Below are positions 53,567 to 64,000 of a DNA stretch of 64,000 nt, in pieces (the first letter of the stretch is position 1; every line of letters begins with the position of its first letter). The stretch covers positions 59,272,001 to 59,336,000 of the forward strand of contig OX597821.1 of NCBI GenBank assembly GCA_951406725.2. Direction: 5' to 3'. Source of the DNA: Octopus vulgaris (lineage: Eukaryota). The position numbers and the translations under genes are program-made. The notes under the pieces were generated by a model. It had not been told where the DNA came from. It ran no database searches and saw only the letters and a program-made list of their open reading frames with translations.

Positions 53567-54130
53567 GTAATATGTTGATTATTTTTATGGAAGTATTTTA
53601 TTTTCAATTTTTTAGTGAAAATTTGATAGGAATTACTTTGAATTAATCTATTCAAATGGAAAAAAGTGTTGCCAATTTTACATGTTTTGTAAAAGCTTGT
53701 TTAAAACTCAGCTTCCTGATTTTGCCTTAATGTTGGTGCATCAATTAACTAATTGTACTATGCACCAGTATCTGAGTCAAGAAATCTGTTTTATTACTGC
53801 TAATTCATTATTACATACTTGCTAACTCTATAGAAATTTACTGTTGCTTGCTTGTTAATTTTTAAAATTTCACTACCCTCTGTGCAGTAGTGTTGTTTAT
53901 ATAAAATTATAAATGTAGCTAAGGTGTAGCTGTGTGGTTAAGAATGTAGTTTGGTTAAGAAGCTTGCTTCCCAACCATGTGGTTTCAGATTCTGTTCCAC
54001 TGTGCAGCACCTTGAACGAGTGTCATCTATAATCATAGCACAAACAAAGCCTTGTGAGTGGATTTAGTAGACAGAAAGTGTATACAAGACCATTACGCGT
54101 GTGTATATGTGTATGTCTATATGTATATCC

Positions 54131-54182
<52 letters not shown>

Positions 54183-54301
54183 TTGGAAAAGGATGTGTGG
54201 CGTTTGATCATATAATAATAATATAAATAATATATAAATATATGCATATATACATACATATATGTACATACCTACATCTATATGTATATATACATGCATA
54301 T

Positions 54302-54787
54302 ATGGGTGCAGGACATCAAAAAAACGTTGAACACAATGAGAAGCGAAAACATAAAAACAAAAACATGGAAACAAACTATCTTTCAAATAACGAAAAAAAA
54401 ACAGAGTACAAGACATACAACACAAAGAATATTCCCCTTTTTCAGTTGTCCCTGTTTCGAAGGTAAGGACAAGATACGACTTCGTTGAAACAGTCCTTCC
54501 TGCAAAGCAAATCAAATAAAATTTGGGATTTTTGCGGAGGGGTAAAAGAGGTAACAAGAACAGGACAGTAAAAACAAAACAAGACAGTAAAAACAATAAA
54601 AGTAAAAACAGTAAAAGACAGGACGAAGAGAATAACACAGTAAAAACAAATGATGAGGGTTGTTAAGCCAAGACGATGGAAAAATTATTTTGAACGCTTG
54701 AGGAGACAGCTTATTATGAGAGAGACCAGATAAGTGGTCTTGTCTTGGTGAAGATAGCAGTTGGAAAGATGGCTTTCCTCTGATCAC
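54302..54787. mobile_element. Unclassified insertion (possibly Penelope-like end) within the microsatellite of a SINE
   Basis: A-rich, CpG-retaining block between (TA)n and (TG)n that separates a SINE head (~53920-54100) from its tail (~54820-55005). Confidence 0.4.
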
Positions 54788-55215
54788 GTGTGTGTGTATA
54801 TATATATATTTATGTGCATGTGTTTGTTTGTGTACCCTTGTCTAGACATCATGTAATGGTTGTAAACATGCATCACCATCATACAAGTGATGATGTTCAT
54901 TTCTAGTCTTCTGTGGAAAACACGTCTACCCATGGAATATATCACCTTGTTTTGGAAACAGGAAGTGCATCCAGCCATAGATAATCATGGAAAAGTAGAC
55001 ATTAAGAGAATAGTTTATTTGTCTACATGAACTGCAATGTACACAAATAAGTCAATTTTATGTAACAGTTTGTATCCTCATACTTTATTCACATTTATTG
55101 GCACCTTTGTGTTCTTCCCCTTACCAAAATATAACAATGGCTCCTCTGCATAGTCATTCAGCATGTTAAAACTTAGCAGCCAAAGCTTCCACACATTACA
55201 CCATACTGTCTTTAA

Positions 55216-55784
55216 TCCTTCATGAGCAAATTTTAAAAGTTATGCAACTTTTATATTTTTTATATAAATGATTTTATATCTCATAACTTTTATTGTCAAT
55301 AGTTTATGTATGCACATACAAATTTCAAGTTAAAAATTTCCAGTCATATGGATTGTATTATCGTAAAATATGGTCATTGGGGGCCAACTGGACCCCATTA
55401 ACCTTCTGTGAAATTATTTTTTTCTGTTCTTTTTGCAGATATTCTGATGAACTATGAGTCAGTTTTCTTTGTATTTGTACTTGTATGAATTGATATACTA
55501 AATAATTTTGTTTTATTTTATGTTCAGTGCTATATGTATAGTTTATAAAACTATAAAAAAAAAGTGCTAAATTTCTTGTTACTCTTTTACTTTTTTACTT
55601 GTTTCAGTCATTTGACTGTGGCCATGCTGGAGCACCGCCTTTTGTCAAGCAAATCGACCCCAGCACTTATTCTTTGTAAGCCTAGTACTTATTCTATCGG
55701 TCTCTTTTGCCGAACTGCTAAGTTACGGGGACGTAAACACACCAGCATCGGTTGTCAAGCAATGTTGGCGGTACAAACACACAC

Positions 55785-55827
<43 letters not shown>

Positions 55828-56126
55828 TATATACGACGGGCTTCTTTCAGTTTCTGTCTACCAAATCCACTCACAAGGCTTTGGTTGACCTGAGGCTATA
55901 GTAGAAGACACTTGCCCAAGGTGCCACGCAGTGGGACTGTACCCAGAACTATGTGGTTCATAAGCAAGCTACTTACCACACAGCCACTCTTGTTCTGTAC
56001 TATGCACTCACACATATATACAAGACTAAACAAATATTACTTTATGGATAGTACGGAAATGTGCAAAAATAGAAGTGGACCTCAATGGTCTTTTGTGTAA
56101 TTCCAACCCTGCTGACCCTTGAAGGG
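55216..56126. mobile_element. TTAA-flanked non-autonomous element containing a SINE insertion
   Basis: TTAA|TCCTTCA ... TGAAGGG|TTAA, with a young SINE inside at ~55590-55990. Confidence 0.4.
55590..55990 (-). mobile_element. tRNA-derived SINE with central microsatellite (family A, youngest-looking copy)
   Basis: The - strand head GTGGCTGTGTGGTAAGTAGCTTGCTT...GGGTACAGTCCCACTGCG has A/B-box-like motifs, followed by central (TA)n and tail ...GACTGAAACAAGTAAAA. Other copies at ~1-700, 1990-2378, 17795-18135, 24045-24345, 27452-27750, 32895-33265, 38195-38520, 45190-45930 and 48328-48660. Confidence 0.85.
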
Positions 56127-56544
56127 TTAATAAGTTAAAATGGTACATTAGCTCATGTTTCATGGTTATGTTGAGTTTGCTAGTCTTTTTATTGCTGTTA
56201 ACCACCCTTCAGCCAAACCGTTTGATAGGAAAGCTTCATACTTCTTTTGAAGATTGCCACCTCAGTGTTGAGTGGTTTATGAATATTTGCATTAGTGTTC
56301 ATACTTATTGAATGCTTTTCCTTTTATGGAAACATATTAGTTCTGGGGGAAATCTGAGAGCTGTGGTCCAAATTTCTCTCTACAAATGCTTGAAAATCTG
56401 TCTTGACAGTTTTTTTTTAGTCATATCCTTCTTCATATTCTTTTTCATATGGGTGCAACTGAGATGCATTTCACCATTCTGCACCAAAGATCTTGGTCTT
56501 CCATTAGTTTTGGCAGATCCTCAGTTTCATATTGTGTATGTAAG

Positions 56545-56576
56545 TGTGCATGTATGTATGTATATATACACATACA

Positions 56577-56659
<83 letters not shown>

Positions 56660-56814
56660 GGTATATGTATATATGATGTGTGTATATGTATATATGTGTA
56701 TATATATATATTTGTATAATGCTTGTATATATATGTATATATGTATATGTATATATGTGTATATATATATGTATATATGTATATGTATATATGTGTGTAT
56801 ATATGTATATGTAT

Positions 56815-56850
<36 letters not shown>

Positions 56851-56882
56851 GTATGTGTATATATATATATGTGTATATGTAT

Positions 56883-56918
<36 letters not shown>

Positions 56919-57096
56919 GTATGTGTATATATATATATATATATATGTATATATGTGTATATGTATATATGTGTATATATATATGTATATATGTGTATAT
57001 GTATATATGTGTATATATATATATATATGTGTATATGTATATATGTGTATATATGTATATATGTGTATATATATATGTATATATGTGTATATGTAT

Positions 57097-57132
<36 letters not shown>

Positions 57133-57145
57133 GTATATGTATATA
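56545..57145. repeat. ~600-bp compound (CA)n/(TA)n/(TATG)n microsatellite
   Basis: Nearly continuous alternating purine-pyrimidine tract. Confidence 0.95.
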
Positions 57146-58060
<915 letters not shown>

Positions 58061-59360
58061 CGTGATAGTTGTGAGTGTCACTGTCAAACAAGCAATGTCA
58101 TTCATTTCCAATAGTCTGTGTAAACATGTCTGGCCATGTGCTTGAAGTGAGTTTTGGCAACAGGAAGGGCATCAAGCTGCCTCAAAAAAGCTCCATTTGA
58201 CCCATGATGGAAAAATGGATGTTAACATGATGATATTTCTCTGCTGATACCATGCAGTTAAGTGGTCTTCATCCTGTATTAAAGCACAGAAATCTCCAAA
58301 CTTTAACATCAGATATGGTCTGGTGTTGAGCACAATAAAACTGATCTGCAAAGCCTATACGGCATTGAGCTGCAACAGTGGTTGAGATAGGTGAAGTATG
58401 TCCAAATATAGAGTACATATTTCAAAACTGTTTATCTTCACCAGCTCTAAGATATCGAATAAATCGTTTGTTGATATTAGTTTCTTATTTTGGCACAAGG
58501 CCAGCAGTTTCAGGATAGGGATCAAGTCAATTACATCAACCCCAGTATTCAACTGGTACTTATTTTATCAACCCTGAAAGGATGAAAATCAAAGTCAACA
58601 TTGGCAGAATTTGAACTTAGAATGTAAAGACAGGCAAAATACTACTAAGCATTTCAACTGGTGTGCTAACGATTCTGCCAGCTCACTGCCTTACTATTTG
58701 TTAATATTAAAGATTACATTTTTTGCTTTTTTTAAATATATATATATATATATATATATAGCTTCTCTGTCTCTGTCTATCTCTCTCTCTATCTATCTAT
58801 CTATCTATCTATCTATATTTATTTTCTCTATATTACAGATCATGAAAAAACACTTTCTTCAGAATTGGCGGTTGACATAAATATTTACTTAGATATTTCT
58901 AGGACAGTCAACAACAAGGAAAAAAAAAACTAATGTTTTCTGAGAGTAAACTATGCACTGTATTTAATTCAGTTGATATCTAAAATAAACAGGTACTGGA
59001 ATATTTATAGCATTTCCAACTCTTGGAGACCTTTCACTAGATTTTTACTTATTTCTTGTCTCGAGAGTTTATAAATTCTAAGCAACTCACAGTTGCATTT
59101 TTGTTGGTTTATTACAAATAACAGTTTAACTCCTTAAAATTTTTCCATGTGTATACATTATCATAACTTGGCATCTTGAATTGTATAAACTTTCATTGAA
59201 GCTTAGCATCTATTAATGGTTCAGTACATAGTTCCTTATACCTGGAATTGTTACCTGACCCTTTTTTTTTCAGTGCCACACCCATGGCAATATATATATA
59301 CATCTCCTCTTAACTTGCTAATGTTAAGGAAAGTATGCCAGTTAAAGTGTTGTTTTCTAG

Positions 59361-59551
59361 ATTCACAGCCCTATTGAATATTTAAAGTGTACTGCAGTCA
59401 GTGCCAATATGAGGCCAAGTGGAGGAGTAACATGCCGTCCAAAGGACCGCAGTGGACAACGACAGAGTATAGCGTTCCTAGAAAAATGTGCAAAGGAAAA
59501 GGAGAAACTGCAAGAACGTCTAACAGAGGGGATGAAACGAGACATGCAACG
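59361..59551 (+). CDS. BTBD8: BTB/POZ-domain protein (BTBD8-like), first identified coding exon
   Basis: Acceptor tgttttctag| and donor CG|gtgagt. Open frame IHSPIEYLKCTAVSAN-MRPSGGVTCRPKDRSGQRQSIAFLEKCAKEKEKLQERLTEGMKRDMQ(R), with a likely start ATG at 59409 (A at -3). Ends in phase 2, in frame with the next exon. The pre-BTB helix resembles BTBD8 as recalled ([21 protein letters not shown]). Confidence 0.8.
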
Positions 59552-60088
59552 GTGAGTATAATGGCTTCTGATAGTTTCATTCTTTGTAGCAATGCAGCTG
59601 TTTTTAAGAGATTTTCAACTCTCTTATGTATTATCATGGAAATACATAACTGGAATATATTATTCCAGTTTCTTTTTGTGATAGTAGTAGTAGTAGCAAT
59701 ACTGACAATGATTAGCAGCAGTAGCACTGTTTTTGTATTAATGGTTCTATTTTTATGCCAATTCTCATGAAAATTAATTAGTTCATATATAGTAATATTA
59801 TTAATGTAATAATATATTAAAATTTAGTACCTAATTAGACAGTTTTGTGTATTTTGAAAATAATTATAAATACCAGTTTTTCTTTAGGTTCATTTTACCC
59901 ACTAGTGTTTTTATGTCAAGTTATAAATAAAAACAATTGAAAAATTGATTTTTTTTTTTTTTTAGTAGAGTACATATTAAACTATTACAAGATGAGTGGT
60001 GACAGTAACTCTTCTTGTAAAAGTCACCACTCTTCTTGTAACAGTGTATGTGTGTGTGTATGTGTATATATGCACACACATACATGTA

Positions 60089-60136
<48 letters not shown>

Positions 60137-60823
60137 TTGTGTGTGTATTTGTGTATGTATGTACAGATATATATATATATATATATATATAAAACTATAT
60201 ATAGGTTGTGTGTGTATTTGTGTATGTATATATATATATATATATACATACATACTCATGCGCACAAAATATAAATCAAACAAAACCTCATAGAACCTCT
60301 TACCAGAATAAAGATTAAGTTGAAGATACTATGACCCAGATGGGATTTTGTTAGAAAATACTGTAAATTGATGGTCAATTGATTTAATTTGATGTAAATG
60401 CTATAATTGAAATGTGGGATTTGGTTTTAAAGTGTGATTGTTGGAGGGAACCTAGAAAATTACAAAGGAATTAATGGCAATAATTGTAGATCAAACTGTT
60501 TGTTGCTGTTTTGTGTTGATCTTTGTCTGGTTTGTATATAGACAATATTGATCATGGTTCGTATTAATAGCAAGTGATTTTTTTCTTTTGTGTCTCTTTT
60601 ACTAATGCATGCTTTAAGACAGAGGATGTATATGTATGAGTAAATAGCAGCGTATGTTGTTTTGTCGGCGGTGATATTGATGTGTACTCCAACCGGTGGG
60701 TCACTTTATCTGCCATTAGAGCCCCATGGTTGAACAGGGATTTTGGTTCTATTGTAACATACCAGTTCATTGCATATTGGCATAGGTGAGCGATTGATTA
60801 AAACGATCCCAGTGTTTGACTTA

Positions 60824-61725
60824 CGAGGTCTGATCTATAAGTATCCGGACTGTTGCCATAGTGACGAAGCTACAGCATGCAGAGTGAAGCTGCTTGGCAC
60901 AGATTGACCTTGATCTCTGCTTTGCATATGCACTAAGTTTCAACGTTCTAGCTCACTTCTACTGTTTACAGCAGTGCTTGGAAGGAATGTGTGTTGTGTG
61001 TGATTGTTGCATTGACCATGACACAAAGTTGTCATGGCAATACCTGCTCAGAGGCCTACGAAAAGTTGCAGATAGTGTATGGAGAGGAGTGTATCAGCCA
61101 CACACAAGTGTACGAGTGGTTCAGATGTCTCCAAGATGGCTGAAAAAATGTCAATAGTGACGAATGTTCAGGGAGAACAGCAACCAGCAGAACTGCGAAA
61201 AACATTGCAGAACTGTAAAAAACATCGCAGATGTGCATGCAGCTGTGAAGGGAAATCATTGTATCAACATTCATGAGTTATCAGAGGATGTGCAATTTAG
61301 TTATGGTTCAGTTCAGTCCATTATCATTGAAGATTTGGGTATGAGACACATGTCTGCCAAGTTTGCACCAAAACTGCTTTAAGCTGACCAGAAAGATCAG
61401 TTGCACAAGATCTTCTTGATTGTGTAGAGAATGATGAAAACTTTTTGAAAACTTTGCATAGGCCTCTGAGCAGGTATCACCAAGCTTTTGGCAAAATTTG
61501 ATGCAGATCTCTCTTCAACTTTCTCTGTTATGGTCAATGCAACAATCATACACTACATACATTCCTTCTAAGCACTACTGTAAAAAGCAGAAGTGAGCTA
61601 GAAGGTTAAAACTTAGTGCACATACACAACAGAGTTCAAGGTCAATATGTGCCAAGCAGCTTCACTCTGCGTGCTCTAGCTTCATTACTATGGCAACAGT
61701 CAGGATACTTATGGATCAGACCACG
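60824..61725 (+). mobile_element. Internally deleted mariner with ~200-bp long TIRs
   Basis: TA|CGAGGTCTGATCTATAAGTATCC ... GGATACTTATGGATCAGACCACG|TA; inverted similarity extends ~200 bp. The interior encodes mariner HTH remnants (YGEECISHTQVYEWFR; SYGSVQSIIIEDLGMRHMSAKFAPKLL) but no catalytic domain. Confidence 0.9.
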
Positions 61726-62323
61726 TATTTTATAAACTCCTGAAGAATAAAAGGCAAGGTTGACTTCTAATGGGACTTGAACTCAGAATGTAAAATACTG
61801 AAAGAAATACTGCATAATATATTTTATTGTATCACTGCCCTAATGATTCTGCTTAATCATGACCTTATTAGTGACAAGTGTGAACTGATATGAAATAAAC
61901 AAATTTTTTTTATAGCTTTCTTTTGGATGAGAAAATGAAAGCAACATCTCAGCTGAAGAACTTCCCATCTGTGTATAGATGGGAACATTATAGTGTGTGT
62001 GTGTATAAATACATGTGTTAGACAGATTTTATAAATCTTTTCATATTTATTCTATCTAATCAGAAGAGGGATTGACTCATAGCTGTAAGGTTTGGGTTAC
62101 AAAGAAATAAAGGAAATAAATGAAGAAATTGTCTGTTATTTGTATTAGTTTAGCAGCAATCACCACCATTAATATGCTCCATGGTTTTAGGTTTTGTTTT
62201 TGGTACTGGTATTGATCATTTAAGATAACATTGACTTTCTTTTCTTGATTAGTTTGGAACTATTTTCATTGTATGTTTTCCAACATAATTTCTTGGAAAT
62301 AATATTTTTTATTCTCCTTTCAG

Positions 62324-62410
62324 CATGTTTGATGAAGCAATCCACCCAGACATTACATTTAATATAGGGAACAATGAAATTTCTGCTCATAAAATCATCC
62401 TTCAAGCCAG
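62324..62410 (+). CDS. BTBD8: BTBD8-like coding exon, BTB domain N-terminal part
   Basis: Acceptor ttctcctttcag| and donor AG|gtaatt; 87 nt, phase 2-2. Encodes MFDEAIHPDITFNIGNNEISAHKIILQA(R), the canonical BTB signature D(V/I)xFxxG...AHKxIL.AR. Confidence 0.9.
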
Positions 62411-63393
62411 GTAATTTAAATATAATCTGTTCCTGCACAAAGTTCAATTATTTTAGGAGAGCACTGTATTCAACTACATTACATGTATTATCTTAATAAT
62501 AAAGGGAGAGGGAAATCTCAGTCAGGTATGGTAGGATTCAGGATTTGAGCTTGTAACTGAAAGGGATGAAACTAACAATGGTAATGCATTTAGTCTAGCA
62601 CCAGGCTATCTTATGTATCTCTAAAATTATGATATTTATAAAGTTCTTTCAGCTGTATACATTTTACTCCATAAATAGTCGAGTTAAAATTCATGCAGAA
62701 AATTTTCCAGTGTCACTAGTTTTGGAAAGTAGTTTTTGTTTTTAACTTCAATGTTGAATATGATTTTTGTTTTTTATATTTTCAATTGAACCATGGTAGA
62801 GGTCATTCTTGGAAGCTTTTCAGACCCAGTTACCTTCCTATTCAAGTTTTTCATGCAGGTATTAGCCTACGGGTTCTTTTTTATGCATCACCTCTGAGAG
62901 AATCTGCAAAAACCATAGGTGTTGTCCTTCCTTCCATAGTTTATCATGATTTAACGTTCATGTTGACTTGGGTTAGCTTGTTTGACAGGATCTGATTGGC
63001 CCAAGGACTCCATCATGCTCCAGTATCTGTTTGACATGGTTTTTAAGGCTGGATTGCTCTTTCTAATGCTAACCACTTTACAGTGTGTATTGGACGCCTT
63101 TTTCATGCAGCCACTACTAGTGAAGTTGCCATGTAGCTTACAAAACCATGAAACCTCGAATAAGGATGGAGAACTTTATGCTAGGAGAATAAAGACTAGA
63201 TATTAGTAAAGTATGAGGGGAAACAGGCTGGAGCAGAACAGGTTTCTTGTTGTAGAGAAGCTACATAACTACCCACGTTTTAGAAGAGGGGTGGGAGGGG
63301 GGAGAAGCTAGAAATCAGTGATGAGCTGATTTATGAAAAAAAAAACCATGATTACTTACTACAGAAAACTCAAATATTCTTTTTCTTTTCCAG

Positions 63394-63492
63394 AGAAGGA
63401 GATATCTACAATCTATTGCTAAATAACCTGGCAAACGATAATTCTACAAATGCAAAAAATGTCACTTACAAAGAGGTCCGTGATTTTTTAAG
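63394..63492 (+). CDS. BTBD8: BTBD8-like coding exon, BTB domain continuation (gene continues beyond window)
   Basis: Acceptor ttttcttttccag| and donor AG|gtaagt; 99 nt, phase 2-2. Encodes EGDIYNLLLNNLANDNSTNAKNVTYKEVRDFL, which fits the BTB segment preceding the F..FL..IY helix. Confidence 0.85.
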
Positions 63493-64000
63493 GTAAGTTC
63501 ATATGTCAGTTTTATCTTTTTAGAACTGTTTCTAACAAACAGCTGTCTAAAGTTCTTTCTATTTTATCCATTTGCCTGTTTAAATCACAAAGTGACACAC
63601 TGGGCATATTTCCCTGGTGTCTGCACATCACGTATATATTCCCAACTTTTTTTTTTTTTTTTCAACCAGAGTAACTTAGTGTTTATGAAAGGAAAGCTTT
63701 ATATTACTTAGAATTATGAAACAAGAACTAATTTAAAGTCTGCAAACAAGCATGGGCATTTAGAACAAACTTATGAAAATGTTTTGGACTGGAAATGGCT
63801 TGATGTGACAGTAAAGAAACTTCCAGATTTATTTATATATAGTATATATATAATATAGAAAAATTGTGAGTTAGAGGTTATGCAACCATCTAAGGGATAA
63901 ATGTATCCATAGGTGTGTTACCTCACTTAGTTTTTAACAAGAGCATTATTTGTAATCATAGGGACTTATCTAGCAGTCACAAACAAAGTTATATATTACA

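Noticed and set aside
54430-54470. Possible permuted hammerhead on the - strand (CCTTC-GAAAC...CTGAAAA-AGGG)
   Set aside because: The core reads CTGAAAA rather than CTGANGA, and stems I and III cannot be built in this copy.
59387-59770. 127-aa + strand ORF and 109-aa - strand ORF over the first BTB-gene exon
   Set aside because: Wrong frame or strand. The frame that splices into the BTB motif begins at 59361/59409 and leaves at the 59551 donor.

Overview
AT-rich, repeat-dense animal DNA. The SINE, RTE-LINE and microsatellite content points to an Octopus (coleoid cephalopod) genome; this is inferred from recognising the repeats, not from a search. The only well-supported host gene is on the + strand near the end. 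Three spliced coding exons (59361-59551, 62324-62410, 63394-63492) encode the N-terminus and BTB/POZ domain of a BTBD8-like protein that continues past the window. A probable promoter and non-coding first exon lie about 46 kb upstream (~13.4-13.8 kb), inside a CpG-retaining zone. The rest is mostly nested transposon debris: tRNA-derived SINEs, RTE LINE fragments, two mariner elements, hAT, pogo-type and TTAA MITEs, a Helitron, a Helentron-type element and a likely solo LTR. Most ORFs in the track are microsatellite or TE artefacts. The most interesting signal is a set of foldback (palindromic) insertions that resemble Penelope-like element ends and carry minimal hammerhead-ribozyme motifs. One has a complete core with a compensatory G3-C8 swap (20515-20564, - strand); another has a U3-A8 swap.
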